Positions 39,672 to 54,230 of a stretch of 64,000 nt of DNA are shown here, piece after piece; the stretch's first letter is position 1; the number at the start of each line of letters is the position of its first letter. Position numbers and translations under genes: made by a program. The notes beneath the pieces were generated by a model. It did no database searches. It had not been told where the DNA came from and saw only the letters and a list, made by a program, of their open reading frames with translations. This DNA is from Phoronis australis (lineage: Eukaryota; Animalia; Phoronida), in NCBI GenBank assembly GCA_002633005.1, contig NMRA01000125.1, positions 653,566 to 717,565 on the forward strand, given 5' to 3'.

Positions 39672-40377
39672 TTTTTTAATGTTTATTACGAAATCTTCAG
39701 AATACAATGAATATACATAACCCAGAAAGCGCCAAGAGGCATTAGATCTGGGTAAAAAATACAACGAAGTCTATATACAATGATTATATACGAATACATA
39801 AATAAAAAAACTGATGTTAAGAATACAATGATATATGACAACGAATGAAAATAATTCATTTTCATACAGATGTATAACATTCTATCCATTCACACAAAGA
39901 GATTTAATGTTATAAAGAAATTCTGACACTATTTCAAATAAAACCTTATTTTCGTTTGAGTTAAGTTCTTGACATCCATATAGAAAGAAATTAATTTTGT
40001 TGTTCGATTGCGGAATTTCAGAATATTTTTTATAAACATTGGGGTATTGTTCGAGTGCCTGGAAGAGCTGTACCCTCTCCTCCTTGCATACCTCACCAAC
40101 AAAGAAAACATGAGGATATGTCTGGGTATCTCCACAGGAACACAGAGGCGAAATATTATTAAAATTATGTCTAAATTTCTCGTTGTTTAGGAATAGACCA
40201 CATCTTGATCTATATAGGGTTATTTCATGGTTGCGGGGAAGTTGGAATGATGTCAATGGGACTTGCAAGTCTGGAGTAGTAGTATGCATTTTAAATTTAT
40301 TTTTGAGAGTGACGATTGAAGTGCTTTCTTTTATTTTGAATGGTAGGGAATTCCAGTTGTCAATACAAGTTAATATC
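39672..40377 (-). mobile_element. Duplicate of the LINE 3' fragment
   Basis: Same as 37190-37895 (ORF 39882-40421). In this copy the last knuckle Cys is changed to Gly. Confidence 0.85.
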
Positions 40378-43300
40378 GTTGATCTTCTGAACACACTTAT
40401 CCCACCCACACCCACGAACACGGTACCCCGAGTTCTCCTTTATACAAACCGTTATCCTTTAGTGTACCAACAGCCCCTTTTGGTTGTGCCAAACTGCAGT
40501 GACTAAAAACTGTGCGTATTTACGTAACCGTTACGCTTTTCCTATCATTCATGTACTTTTGACAAACCCCTAATCTACATGTATCTCTCATCAGCTGCAT
40601 TCTTATTGAAGACCAGCTAAATAACGACACTTGTTATTATTGTGCCGCGAAGCAACATTCCTTTGCTGAGCAGTGGATTGGACGAGCACCTGCGCAAAAA
40701 TCAAAACAAAATGCTCATTTATTCCCGAGGAAACGCTTACCACGGCGATACTAAATCACCGGTTTTATGATCAACAAAATGTTTTTGTGTCTTTTACAAG
40801 GTACGGCAAAAAGGGCTGTCAATAATGAGCATGCACATTCGACTATCTCGGTTGTTGCTGATGCCTCGGTGCTTATTTCACAAAGACGACACCTATATAC
40901 GTTGTACGTAGTACGTGGCAAACTACACGACAGTGATGCAATCTGTACTAGCTAACGTAAAGCATGTTGGTCAATTTCATATTTCCTTAGTTTCACCGCA
41001 CGTTTCTTACCCTTAAACGAGTGGTCAAGTTTCCTGGGATGGTGCTTAAAAACAACCATTGAAGGCTGAACACTAGTTGCTAGCGTTGCCTCTTGCTCCG
41101 CTGATTTCACATGTAAAACAGTAATGTAACCAGCTCGCATCTACATGCACATGCTCCTGCGAGGCACGTAAAAAAACAAGGGACTGTTAATGAAAACGTC
41201 TTTTGAACCGTGCATCTATGGTCGTGTATTCAAGTGGCTACGTGTACAGTTGTAAGTGTTCCCAGGTCATACATGAAGTTCCCTACATGCGTACATGTAT
41301 TTCTCCTCCCCCATTGGTCATTAGTGTCTTTCCATCATCCCGACTCACCCAATTGGAGGCTGCCATATTCTTTCTTTTGAATCCCGCAGTCGCTTTTAGT
41401 CACCGTTCATTCAACACCATTAGTGTCTGCTTGCCTTTTGGACTCTCGTGTTGGCCGTTCCTTCAAGTTCCTGTATTCGTCCGTAAAGCGCTCGACAATG
41501 GCCGTTTACAAGAAAATTAAACACTAAACCACCGGCGTTTACAAAGCTCTTAGCTCTTGAAACTCTAGAGACATTTTAACTGAACCAAAAATGCTCAAGA
41601 TCTTAAAAGCACAAATCTCAACAAGATGGTTTTAAGTCTGGGTAGCAATGTAAGTGCTATTTTTAAGATACGGGTTGAATCAGTGAAATGAATTAAAAGT
41701 ACAGGTCATATTGAAAATCTCAAGGGAGCTCGCGTATTGTGAAAAGCCAAAAGCGACAAAAACAATTGCATCGACAACCGAGGGCACATTAAATAGACGA
41801 ACGAGGTACGGTATACCATCACCTGACCACATGAGTACTTACTTACCTTTGTACAGTTCCTTAGTATGTACATAAATAGATTTTTAGTGGTATCTACACT
41901 ACGACAGTGTCCCTCGAGGACCTTACAATGAGGCCGTTCAAAACTGATTTAACACGAACAATTGCGCCACACTGAACACTATGTGATCAATTACAGAAAA
42001 TTTTTTGCTTGTACTCTGGAAAAGGTCCGCCAGAAACAAAAGGACGAGCTTTTATCAGGTGCCAACATGTCATATTAATATCCAATCGGTTGGGCCCGAC
42101 GGAAACCCCACAAATCTCGTCAGGAAGCGCTGCTGAAAATTGAGACTTATTAGATATCCGAGAGACCACTAGATCTGCTTAGTGCTCGAGAGTTTACAAG
42201 AGCACCTTAGCAAAATGGCGGCCACTGAAGTGATTCATCGGTGCCTTGATTCGAATGTTGAAGTATGGTATAAAATCCACTGTTTCTGTTCTTTGAAGAT
42301 TTCTTGCGACAAGTGGTGACCTAGCGGGTATCTTGGGTTGAAAAATCTGCGGAACACAGCCCAAAAAAGGAATGCGTTTGAGCTAGTAAGGTGTGCTGAT
42401 ACTTTGGAGCGAATTTCGAAGATTATTGGACTAAAAGGTCACGTGTCCACCTAATTAAAATGTTGTCTTCTTCTTAAAATGTCTACGTAACTAGCGACTG
42501 TCAACCCATTAAGGTACATCTGTAAAAAAATCTGAACTAGAACTTACATCTAATATTCGTGTCAATCGCAACTCTGTGCCATTATTCTGGTCATGTGAGC
42601 ATAAGTTTTTGTCAAAATGGGTGTTTTTGAAAGGTTCATTGTTAGGAAAAATACTTTTTACCAGATTCACCCACATTCATCTTGCATTTTGTACTGAAAT
42701 ATTGATAAAAACTCTCAAAAATAGTGTGGGATTTCCATGGCTAGCACCGATGTTTTAATTGCAAAAATAAGTTCGGTGATTAAAACTTTTCAAAGAAAAA
42801 TAAGACCCTTGAATTTTAATGGAACACAAAATATAACGAAAGCAAAGGATTCGAGACAGCTGTTTCACATTAAGACACTGTGCTGTCAGAAAATTCAAAC
42901 ACGATTAAATTCTGGAAACCCTTTCTCGAGATATGTTGTTCCGAACTTTGGATTCGATCTCAAATACCAAAATCGCTGAAAAACGCAATGTCTTGTCAGC
43001 GGTCCGGCGAACACTCACCGTTTTGTTCTCGATTTATGTTCCAAACTACGCCTTGCGGTCGTAACAGCCACTGTAATGTATTTAAATTTCCGTCTTTAAT
43101 TTAATATTCAACCAAATTTATAAACATGGAACTAACTAACGTATTTCAACACTGGGTGTTGTCCAGATCACGTGATTTACGGAAAGTGAAGACCAGCAGG
43201 ACACTTTTGAGTGCAGTGATAGACAACATCGTGTTCATCATGGCATAACTTGTGTAAAACTACACAGAGGATGTTCTCGAATTTGGGTAAGCTTTGCAGC

Positions 43301-44997
43301 AGTACAGTGTTTTTAAACTCATGGCAGGTTTTCTAATCTTCAGAGACGCGTTTGGTTGTCGACTTCCTGTTGAAGGGCTTTGGCCGTTTCCGGACCGAAA
43401 TTGACCTCGATTGGAGACGGGGAATCGAGTCGTCTCGCATGCTATCTACGGAACGCCACTAGCGTCACCTTATGACGGGTGTTTTCTGACACATGACGAG
43501 GCATTTCTACTACACGCTGACGCGTCAGTGATGCTGTCGATGTTCTTAAAAGAACCAATCAGTGTTAAGGTTATACAGTGTGTTGACCAACCCAATGGGA
43601 TCGTCATGTTTTGACGTGACTGACAATAACATAGGCTGAGCATTTGACACAAAGAAAAAAAATATAAAAAATGGCTAGCACCGTCTCACACAAAAACACA
43701 ACTTACACAATGTCCTGTCTCCACTGAGCAATGATAGTACATCTTCGCTGATTAAGCAAATAGAACCTACAAGAACTCAACAACTGTGGACACAGCACGT
43801 ACGAAAATCATCCAAGGCCACAGACATCAAGTCCTCACAGCGTTGCCCTCGTTTATTTGAAAAAAACAGTCTTTCGTTTATATCATTTTGACTGTACATG
43901 CGACTCTAACGCAGAAGCCACCGTTGTACTTTTGCAGGGTGCTACACTTCACAGAAAAGACCCGTCACAAGGTGACGCTAGAGGCGTTCGATAGCTATCG
44001 ACCTACACGCGTGCTTCATCTACTGTAGCACTCTGGCTTCAATTTTCCTTCATAGTCTGACTTTTACGTGGCATAACACTGAATACAAATATTCAGAATT
44101 TTGAAACGAGACTAAATACAGTTGACTCACGCCACAGAATGGGTTGGTTGACATACATTTAAGCTTTGCACTGTGGGGTAACCTTGCAGGAGGTTTGATT
44201 TGATTAACTGTATTAGCCATGTTTCACGTAAACAAACCGTTCATGTTGGTGACAGCCTTTTCAAAAGCGACGTTTTACACTATGAAGCAATAAGTATTTG
44301 TTTGGAATTAGAATTATTTGAAAGCCTCTCATATTTTACTGTATGCACAGTCCGTATTTTTCAAAATAGCGTTTTTGTGAAATAGAGTTTCACATGCCAT
44401 TAAACAAACATTAGAAACTAAAGTTACTTATGAGAAAACTCGAATAGACTGTACCATCGTGTCTGGGAAAATCAATAGTCCCGATATCCGTGCAAACACG
44501 AACCCGGAAATTTAAGTCACTGAATTCATAGCCGTTATTTACATGGGCCTGCCAATACTGCTACATGTTGGTTTCCGTCACCCTGTCACTGAAGTTCATT
44601 TGTATGTCCTAATTGATTCTAAAAGTGGTGCAGCTTATTCTTAGGGACTTCCGTAATAACGTCTCTTTCATTTTATATGTATCAGAAATCCGTGGACGGA
44701 TGGGTTCAGTCGGGGCTCGGTCGAGATGCGTACAGCCCGGAGCAGTGAGTGGCCGAGTGGCCTGCTGATGCAAGACTCTCGTCAATGCATGGTTGTCTTT
44801 GATATTGTCACAGAATTTGTCAGAATGTGCGAGATTCTGTATGTTTGTCAATTTTTGACGTCACGGAATTCTGCTGTCGCCCAAGTAGACTGTTCTTTTC
44901 AGACGGACACTCCCAGGACCACTTTCCGCTCTATACATGTAGAAGCACTGTGAAAATTATCAAATGCTTATCATAAAAGAGCACACGGAACGATGTA

Positions 44998-45074
44998 CAA
45001 GGGCGGCGCAGCATTGAAATAAGTGGGGATGCTATAGCCCCCCCCGCCCCCTAGATCATGGTGTGCCGCCCATG
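44998..45074 (-). mobile_element. Monomeric ~77-bp TIR micro-element
   Basis: CAAGGGCGGCGCA...TGTGCCGCCCATG with a central GCTATAGC. Reverse-complement relative of the 35258 units. Confidence 0.6.
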
Positions 45075-45599
45075 ACATGTAGAACGACTTATCGGCAATC
45101 CCCAGACAACTAGCGGAGGCGCCTGCGTCTTTCGATCCCCGAGAGCGACTCAAGAACGCCGCGCCGATTGAGTCACTTATCCAATTCATTCGAACTAAAA
45201 GAACGGAGAAATCGCCTAGTGTCAATAGAAACTGTATCCTGTCAAAGAATGTCCGACACTTTGCAAAACATAAGCCGAGCTATGTGGAAAGCGACTGAGG
45301 CTATACATGTTTCGATTTTCCGTGAGTTCGATTTGTTCCGAAGTCATTTATCGACGAATCGTGAATATACAGTACATGTAACAATCACAAATGAAACGCT
45401 AGGTCGCATATGATAAGCATCTTGCCCACCAACCGCCTGTGTTCTCTTGAATGTCGTTTGCGGCTTTTCTAGTCCCGCGTCGTTATATGGAGTGGGTTTA
45501 CGAAGAAACCAGTTTATTTTCGGACGAATTTAACTACCGTGACGTTTCTCTCCCTTTGGCCGTTGAGTTTCGATGAAACATTCGTTGTCCGTCATTTTT

Positions 45600-46400
45600 G
45601 GCGAAAAGACTGAATCAATTTTGTCACAGCTTGATGCATACTTTTAGGCACATGTACATTGTGGAAATGGTCCGGCACAAGTTGATTTTAGGACCGATTC
45701 CACTACCATGGCAACCGCTGCTGGTCATTTTATTTTTCAAAAAATGTCTTGTTCGTTAGTTTTTGGCGAAGTAATTTGGCAAATTTCACGGAAGTTTGGT
45801 GTAGAGGAGGACATAAGTTGATTTTCAGACAGATTTATCTAGTGTAGCACCTCCTGTTGGCCGTTTTAATTTTTGATAAAGTAACGAGGTATTACTTGTA
45901 TGTCAGTTGTAGTCAAAAGGGATTGACAAGTTGACGATACTGTACTAATACTTATATGGCGGTGTTGCGCCGGTATCAATGGATTTTCACCCAAATTTAA
46001 CTACAGTTGGATCCCCTTTTGGTAATTTTTGTTTTTAACGAGGCACTGCTTTTCCGTTCCTCATTGGCAGATTTTGTTAAAACTCGACACAAGATTTTAT
46101 GATTGGGAGGCGGCGGCATCTGCTGGGCAGATTGGACTGATCAAGCACCTCCTGTTGAACATTTTTAGTTTTCAACAAGGCAATGCTTGTCCATTGATTA
46201 TTGCCAAATTGGACTGGCAGATCTTTGATGAATTTTGAGTGAAAGTTATATGGCTGGGACGGATTACAACTAATCGATTTTCTGCTTTGATATCCAATTG
46301 GCCAAATTAGTCCATTACATTACACGAGCATCCCTGAAAGTTTACTGTTTGCTGCGCAGTAGTGGTCGCATTTCATTGAACTCTTTGTATTGATCTTGCT
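45600..46400 (+). mobile_element. Decayed HINE-like element related to 3698-4826
   Basis: Degenerate subunits (GCACCTCCTGTTG, AAGTTGATTTT, aaatttgg-like motifs) and a 3' end GTGGTCGCATTTCATTG...TCTTG matching GTGGGCGCATTTCAATG...TCTTG. The 5' boundary is uncertain. Confidence 0.45.
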
Positions 46401-48395
46401 GCGGGAAGAGCCCTCCCAAACAACATCAGTCACACGACACAAATAAGGATTTAATTATGTGCAAACACGATATAAAGAAAGTGAAAATTTGAATTATTCG
46501 GATTTTCCAACTTTGTATTCAGTTATGGAACATTGGATCATTTTGGGTACTGACAGTTAGCGCAGCCTCCGAAAATCCTTGATTTTTTCTTAAATAGTAC
46601 GTATCGAATTTCCAAGTCACTGAATTAGCATTCTGAACATGGAAATCCACATTCCATACTTTTAAAACTAATATCCAAACCACTGGATACAGTTTGATAT
46701 CACCTGAGGTCTGTCTCACGAAAGGTGAGAATCAAATAGTTCGTCACATGACTATTTCCGAAAAATAAAACGATACAACTCTTACTTCAGATTAAAATCT
46801 TACATCATCAAATTACGAAAATTAAATTCAAATCTTATCTTTAGATTATAATCTTACTTCAGTAAAATAGGGATTTCTAGAGAACATTCCTACAATTGCT
46901 AGGCAGTTATCGGCTAATTTGTATAAATTAATGTCAGACTACGATGAGCCAACAATTGCATGACAAAATTCAGTAATAACAGAGTGGGAACGCAAATAAT
47001 AAAAGATTTCTAATTCATTCCTGGTCAATTTTCACGAAACGGGCCCCTGGCATTCAAAAAGTACTTAATAAGTGACGTGGATGATGATCACCGTTTAGAG
47101 ACACATTTAGGCCCCATGGCATGTATGACGGGTATTCGCGCTCTCAATCTAGCAACGATCAAGCAGAATTGCTAAAAAATCGATGAGGCCTCTCAATACA
47201 ACCTTCGAATGTAATGCGTATTACGCAATATCTCTAGCCGATCTTCTTAGCCACGACCCATTCCACGGTGTATTTTTGTATTTATCTTAACTATTGTCCG
47301 TAGCGGCCGCGGCAACAGTTGCTGCAACTCGGGTACTTCCTTCCCTAAGTAAACCAAAGAGCGCCACGCGTCCATCAACGATTTTCGATACTTTCCATTA
47401 GGTCATCATTGTTGCACACATGTGCACTGTTGCCAGCTATGCGGCTGGTTCTCATTCATGCATGATTTTAATGTTCCGCCTATCGTGCTGTCCATAATGT
47501 CAAGGTGTTCCGAATCCTGAAAATCTTCATAGTGGAGTGGGACTTGGATTTGGACAATTGCCCAGGACTGTGCGTCGCGGACGATGGGAAGCTACATATA
47601 TTTCATGTTCTTACCACTGAAATTCAATCAGAACCATAGCCTGCTGTACCAGGCAACTCAAGAAAGCAAAAAATAATTATACTAAAAAACAATCTTGGAG
47701 GGTAGTATAGTATATAATTGGCTCAAAGTCTTGTTTTTATCGCGTGGTACCAATAGGGACTTCGTTGCGTTGTGAAGCCATCACGTCTAGCAAGCCGACA
47801 AAATGTACACCCTACTGTTGAAAGCAGCTGCAACCCACCTTGGACTTTAGACCGTTACGAGTCTCCGCTGCCCCTTTACTTACTTATTATTCACAACATT
47901 CGTTTGAGTATTAACGTCGCTCTGGTAAGCAATAGAGTGAACAAGTCAAGTTGCAGTGTCTAAGGTGGGCGGAAAAGAATATTGTCACCAACAGGCAACG
48001 GTTATCACTGACCCTAGTCTGTGATGAATAATCCCCAAACAAAAGACACCGGATTGAAAGCCCAGGCGCTGTGCTGAGGGGCTACTCTAATCCCAGCCTG
48101 TAAGAAGCATTCGCACAGTAGTTGCCGGTTGGGAAATGGGATGTAGCGCCTGATGATAATGTGGCTTGTCAAGGCAGGTTAGTTTACATGGATTTTATTT
48201 GATGTCCACGGTTTCAAGGATTAAAGAAGTGTCGGCCTTTTCCAAACCCACTGCAGACAGAAAGCACTTCTCATCTGAGTATAAGGAACTAGTTGGAACC
48301 AGTTTTATAGCGGTAAGCGGTCTAAATCCGAAACTTGTTTCAACTGTCGGAATGCGGGTTTATAGTACCGTTTGTTCGTGCATCTAGGCGTTGAT

Positions 48396-48862
48396 TCCGT
48401 TCCAAACGCCGTAACTCCATTCAAGAGTATATTAAAAGCAAACCGTTACATGCTTGTAAGCCAATGTAATAGATTACTACAATACGTTATACACTGTAAC
48501 ACTTTTCAACAAGCCCACAATGATGCGGCTTTTTCTTTGAGCAACGAGAACAAGTGTGAAGTCGCGAGACCTAAGAGTTCTGGGATAACGGTACTTTCAT
48601 CTGAGGCTGTCATTTTGTAAATTCGGCGCTAAATACAGATTGACGCTAGTCTCGAAGCTGAATGTAAGCGAAACTCTTTGGCAACAAGAATAAACATCGA
48701 CTTGATCCTGGAGCGCACTGTAACTCACATGTACATGTAGGACTCATTGAATAGTGTTACGATGTATAATGTATTGTAGTAATATATTACTGTGAGCTGC
48801 AAACATGTAAGGGCTTGTATTTTATAGATTCTTGAATGGTGCTACGGCGTTTGGAATGGGTC
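48396..48862. mobile_element. Foldback/MITE with ~120-bp inverted arms
   Basis: TTCCAAACGCCGTAACTCCATTCAAGA...GTAATAGATTACTACAATACGTTATACA pairs with TGTATAATGTATTGTAGTAATATATTAC...TCTTGAATGGTGCTACGGCGTTTGGAA. Confidence 0.75.
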
Positions 48863-51159
48863 CTGTAAACACAGTAGTTTACAAAATAAACTGGACAACG
48901 TAGAACTGCGATAAAGTTTTGGCGCATAAAAGCTTTATCCATTTGTATACTACTAGAATCCATGTCAATTATAGTCAGATCTATACATCATCTCAACACG
49001 TTATCGTAGCTGCTAAATGAACCGTCTACTAGGCGAAAAAATGAATTTAGAGAAATTGGCAGCCGCGCGAAATCGAAACCCAATAGCTCCCCAAAAGCAG
49101 CCGAAAGATATACCATTGAGCCAAATGCCGTACGTTAACTAGCAGAGCATGTTAAGCGTAGCTCCTATGTAGTAAAGACACCGGCCATGAATGCTACGAA
49201 TTACAGACAACGATGAGAATTGGCGATTAGTTATAGATTCTCAAAAACGCAACGGGCTTTGTTGTTTTACAACTCTGGTCAAAGCAAATAAGTTAAACAA
49301 GTCCCATGTAACAATAATCACAAAGCCATAAACACGCTATTGTCCCTTTAACGCGCTCTTGGATTGTATGGAATTGTTTTTCGGAGCCACGTGATAACGG
49401 TACATTAATTGAGAAATCGCATATTAATAAAATAATTTTCTAAGGATTATGCATTGTTAAAATTTGAGCGCGGTTTGCGACAATACTACTGTCAATTTTA
49501 TTGTGACAGTGCAAATTTGACGGTGTATACTCATCCCTCCAGAACGGAGAGTCTTGACCAAGCACCTTGACCTACATCCTACATCTGCTGACGTCGCACC
49601 ACCGTTGTAACTTGATGAGCTCAGGGCTTCACTCTTAGGTGAACCATCAGCTGATGCTGTGTCTGCTGGACCGAAACACTGAAGACCGAAAATATCTAAA
49701 GAGAATAAAACCTAACATGTACATCATCATGTATAATTCAAGCATAATTGAAAAATATGGGTGGTTGGATTTCAACCTAATTAAAAATATGGTTGGTGAG
49801 TTGCCAAAATCATGGGAGGGAATATGGGTTTATAGCGCTGGGCATTTTAAAAGCTCAGTGGTGTGGTGGCAAAGTCAGGAGGCACATGCTCTTCAAAGAC
49901 TTGCAACCTTGTAGGCTACAGCTCTCGCTTTCGCACCAATGACAGAACTTCTAAGCAGTGTAATACCCCCATAACTTTTCCTTTCGCCACTTGCTGAGTT
50001 GTTGCAAAAAGTGCATACGGTGAACTCTTGGAGTGCCAATGTCCACCTCATAAGAATATAAAAACGATTTTTGTACCCGTGGGCTGATACGTTTGGACTC
50101 ATTCGATAAGCTTAGTTACTCAGGAAACACTTCACAATTTTACCGCAGAAAACCTGGGATACTCACCCTTTTTAGGGAGAATAAAAGGGAGTCATTTCTT
50201 GTGTGGGGATTACTTCCATGAAAGTCATCCTTCCATAGACGTTACTGATGATGTGAGTCTCCTAACCTTTCAAAATTTGATAAATGTAAGGCACTCAAAA
50301 TGGGTCCTTTGTAGACCTCCTGCCCTGTCTAGTGTGCCCTTTCATAGCAAATCTGGTGGTAATCAATCGCCAATTTGAGTGACACGTCTGTTTTACACTC
50401 CTGTACAGCTCCTTGGAGTACTCCTGGAGTTAGCGATATTGTTTTCTAATTATCCTGCTGATGTGAATTTAATTTCAATTTTCTTATTCAAATATTAATA
50501 CGAGATACGTGCAGTTGTTGAATCCTCTTTCGCCAACGGAAAACAAAAGCATCTCAGGCATCGCCGGTCATGAACAACACTTAACTTAAGATGTTTCTAT
50601 AGTGTAGTCTTTATTTTGAAGCCTTAAAATTACTACAGTAAGAACATGTCGTTGGACAACGAAAATCTCAATTAAATTCCTCGCTGCTGAACACAGTATA
50701 GTAAATTCAACAAAAATGTAATGTCTTTGATGCGGATGATGCCAGACGCACGGAAGTGGCTAATACTCCGTTTCCGTTTTGATTGTAAATTAGTCTTTAA
50801 GAAAACATAAGAAGTTGCGTTAAATACGGGTAAGAGTATCACAAAAGTTTGCAATATTCAACAAATACTATTCACATATGAACAGGTAATATACGAGAAA
50901 CAAGCGACAAACAAACCCTTCCCAGTGCACATGCAAATACAATAGTCAACGGATCGTGAGCTTAGGGGAAACTTTTCGTGAGTACTTTTATCTGGCAAAT
51001 TGTTTTCTTCTTGTACAACTAAGTAAAGCATTTCTAATTCATTGTTTAAAAAGTTTCCACGTTTTAGGTTGCACACTTTCCGCAAAAACTAAGTTTATGT
51101 GAATTGAACTGTCAGATATGTTGACCAGTAGACGGTACTGTAAACAAAAGCATCAACCA

Positions 51160-52055
51160 ATCACAAACTAAGAAACATATTTTTGGTACCCGTCGTAAGT
51201 ACAAATTATACGTCTACCGCCGGTACCAGAGTACGAACTCCTTGACAGATAGACAAATACTGTTAAATAGGTTTAGCCCAAGTTACAAAGTTTGTGACCT
51301 TTAATCTGACTATTAAAAAGAAGACTATAAAATGTGTTGGTATGTATGACATGCGTCTGAGTAGTTTGCAGTTTTCAGAGGTGTGAAAAGACAATCAAAC
51401 TGTTGAGGATTTTATCAGTCAAGTGTACCCTAAAATTACGAAGAAGTCGTACATTATATTCTGTTCATTTTGAAAAAAATAAGGTCATGTTGAACGGGCG
51501 CCATTTAGGAATACGTTTGAATAAAAGTTGGTATATTTAAAATTGTTATTTATTTGGAATCGTGCTAGTTTTAACGAGCATGAAGCATTAAAAGTATAAC
51601 CCATTTTTGTCTGCGAGCAGTGCAACCACAATTATATTGCTTTTGGTCTGAGTAATTAAAAACAACATTTAAGATTGTAATCTGAATGGCATAAAGTACT
51701 GAGCGAACGGACACAACAGGAAGGGAATTGATTCCACATTTGATGTTTCTTTTGATTTCCGTGGCAATCGCAATCATTTCACCACTTATATAAATCAAGT
51801 GTTCACAAGGCAATAAATTTTGGTTGTTTGATGCAGTTGTTGTAAAACTTCTACAGCAGATACGATACTGTACATGTAGGTATTACCGACGCTATTTAAT
51901 GGAACTGCGTCAGCTAATAGTGTGCCTTTATCCAGCCAATGTTTAAAACATAAGTCGTTAGGAAGACAACTTTTAAGAAGAATATCACTTAAAACACGTT
52001 CTACCGTGAACATAACCACTTGTATGAATACATGAAAATTGGTAATATTCATTAG
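51160..52055 (+). repeat. Old dispersed repeat, copy 2 (paralogue of 6590-7490)
   Basis: Same colinear blocks as 6590-7490. Confidence 0.75.
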
Positions 52056-53883
52056 CTACTTACAAAAAAGTCACAAGAAAATTTCATTACATCTTAACTG
52101 TTTGAAATATTTAGACAGTGCAATGAATTAAAACGAGCAATTTAGAGGAAAGAGTTAAATTAAAATGTCAATAATCCAGTGAATGTTATCCAGTGTTCAA
52201 TTGGCCTCATGCGTGTCTCAATGAACACAGAATAACAAAACGTTGTGCTCCATAACAGTTTCACGGTGTTCACACAAGGAAATATGCAGCCTTAAATTTT
52301 TGAACTTTTTTAACTGAAAAGAACACACATGAATCAAGTAGAAAACGATAGAATTGCCAGGTAAAATACCCTCAAATCCTTTTAAAGCTTCTGCAGCTTA
52401 GAGTCCACAGACTACGAGAGGGGATGACGACCAGAACGACCCACGCTTATGGCGAAACTAACATCGAAATAAATTTACGTCCCCTTTTCTAGAATTTGAT
52501 TTGTTGCAAGATGGAGTGACACGGCATTTACTGGTGACCGTGTGCGCAGAAACAAAACACTCTTGATATTTCACTTTCGTTCAGCTAGCTAGGACCTCAC
52601 TAAAAAGCAAAACCCGAGATTACGTGAGATATTGCCGTGCATTTGAAATGAGAACACGTGACTTTGACTAGGTTTTAACTAGGTCCTAGCGTCTACTGAA
52701 AGCACGCCTGGTTAGTGACCCAGCGAGGACAGTTGCTGCGACGAGGACGTTTGCGAAAATAAATTTCTGATAGTGATAATAGTAAGATATGAACATGTTT
52801 ACGCTTCGTTTTTATGACGTGTCTACTATTACGAAAGCCAACAGCTTAATGTATCATCCCTGCAAAGATGAACGGAGGCGAAATAAGAAAGCGGTAAATC
52901 ATAAAACTTAGCTGCATATTAAAATCTATGTTTAGGCAACACATCGTTGACGTTAGATATCTTATTCTCTACGTGATTGATGGGGCGATCGCAGGAGGAC
53001 GTGCTGGTGCTATTTATAATAATTTCTTGAATGATATCTAATCCCTCTGTATGACAGGTTGACGCCCACCTGCTTACCTTTGTCATATCGGTCATTTTCT
53101 GTTGAAGAGACAATTTAAAGGATATCCAACACTGTGCTTTCTGATTTCACTCAAAATTGCTTACTGTTTATACATTCATTCAGGGACAAGCGTTCATTCA
53201 GCTAAAACGCTTTTGTTTTGTGTTAAAAAGTGAATCCTTTGCTTCGAGTTGACGGCCTTCCTCTCAGCGATTACTCGCCCCAAATCGTAAGCACGTCCCC
53301 CGATTTACTAATGTTTGAGGTTTCACCGGGTAAGGACAACATGGCATTATTTGTTTCTAAGAATAAAGTGCTCTAGACCTATATGTAGTTCGCATCATGG
53401 TTTAGTGCAAATATTATTTTCAAGAGAAATAAAAAATAAAAAATAGCCGTTACTTCTACCTCATGGACAAGTACAGTGTACACGCGTTAGATATGCGACG
53501 GGACGTTAGTAACTTTACGCTTAATGTTATTCTTATTTAGTTTGCAAATGTTCAGTTATTCTTATGCTAATGTCTTTGTTGCGTCTCAGTGCGCCTTTGT
53601 TACGTGGGCATGCGGGCGCGACTCTATGCGTCGGGCACTTCGCCAGCGACAGGCTTAGGAGAAGGGTGTTTCCTTCCTTTACCTGCATGATCATGTGTAA
53701 CTGAACTGAAACGTATGCGTGATGAGGTGAAATACACATTTTTGATGTTCAGTGGAGACTTGCTCTGTTACAGATAGTTGCCCTGCTATTCCACTGAAAT
53801 GTTTCACCCATAAATCACGAAAAAGACGTTAAGGGATATTTAGTACAAATGTTCACTTTGAAGAAGGCGCATGGCTTACCATT

Positions 53884-54230
53884 TTCAAACTTACTAAATC
53901 TAATGCCTTCACAACATTTTAATCTTGCCTAATCTACTGCCTCCACTACATGTCAAACTTGCGAAATCTACTGCCTTCACTACATGTCAAACTTGCCAAA
54001 TCTATTGCCTTCACTACATGTCAAACTTGCCAAATCTACTGCCTTCACTACATTTCAAACTTGCCAAATCTACTGCCTTCACTACATGTCAAACTCGCCA
54101 AATCTACTGCCTTAACTACGTGTCAAACTTGCCAAATCTGCTGCCTTCACTACATTTCAATCTTGCTAAATCTACTGCCTTCACTACATGTCAAACTTGC
54201 TAATTCTGCTGCTTGAACTTCATTTCAAAC
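53884..54230 (+). repeat. 34-bp minisatellite, ~10 copies
   Basis: Unit GTCAAACTTGCCAAATCTACTGCCTTCACTACAT arranged head to tail without spacers. The edge copies are more degenerate. Confidence 0.95.

Larger units (their letters stand above)
36309..40455 (+). repeat. ~1.66-kb near-identical duplication (36309-37973 and 38791-40455) associated with an N gap
   Basis: Only a few SNPs separate the copies. The first copy ends at the N at 37974, and 816 bp of unique sequence lie between them. Confidence 0.9.

Noticed and set aside
49663-49700. Hammerhead-like string CTGATGC...GACCGAAAC and adjacent CTGAAGA..GAAA
   Set aside because: The core is mutated, the stems are incomplete and no NUH site is apparent. 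It may be a decayed PLE end but is not supportable.
53884-54230. 34-bp repeats as a CRISPR array
   Set aside because: The units are head to tail with no unique spacers, there are no cas genes and the context is eukaryotic. It is a minisatellite, and its ORFs are by-products.
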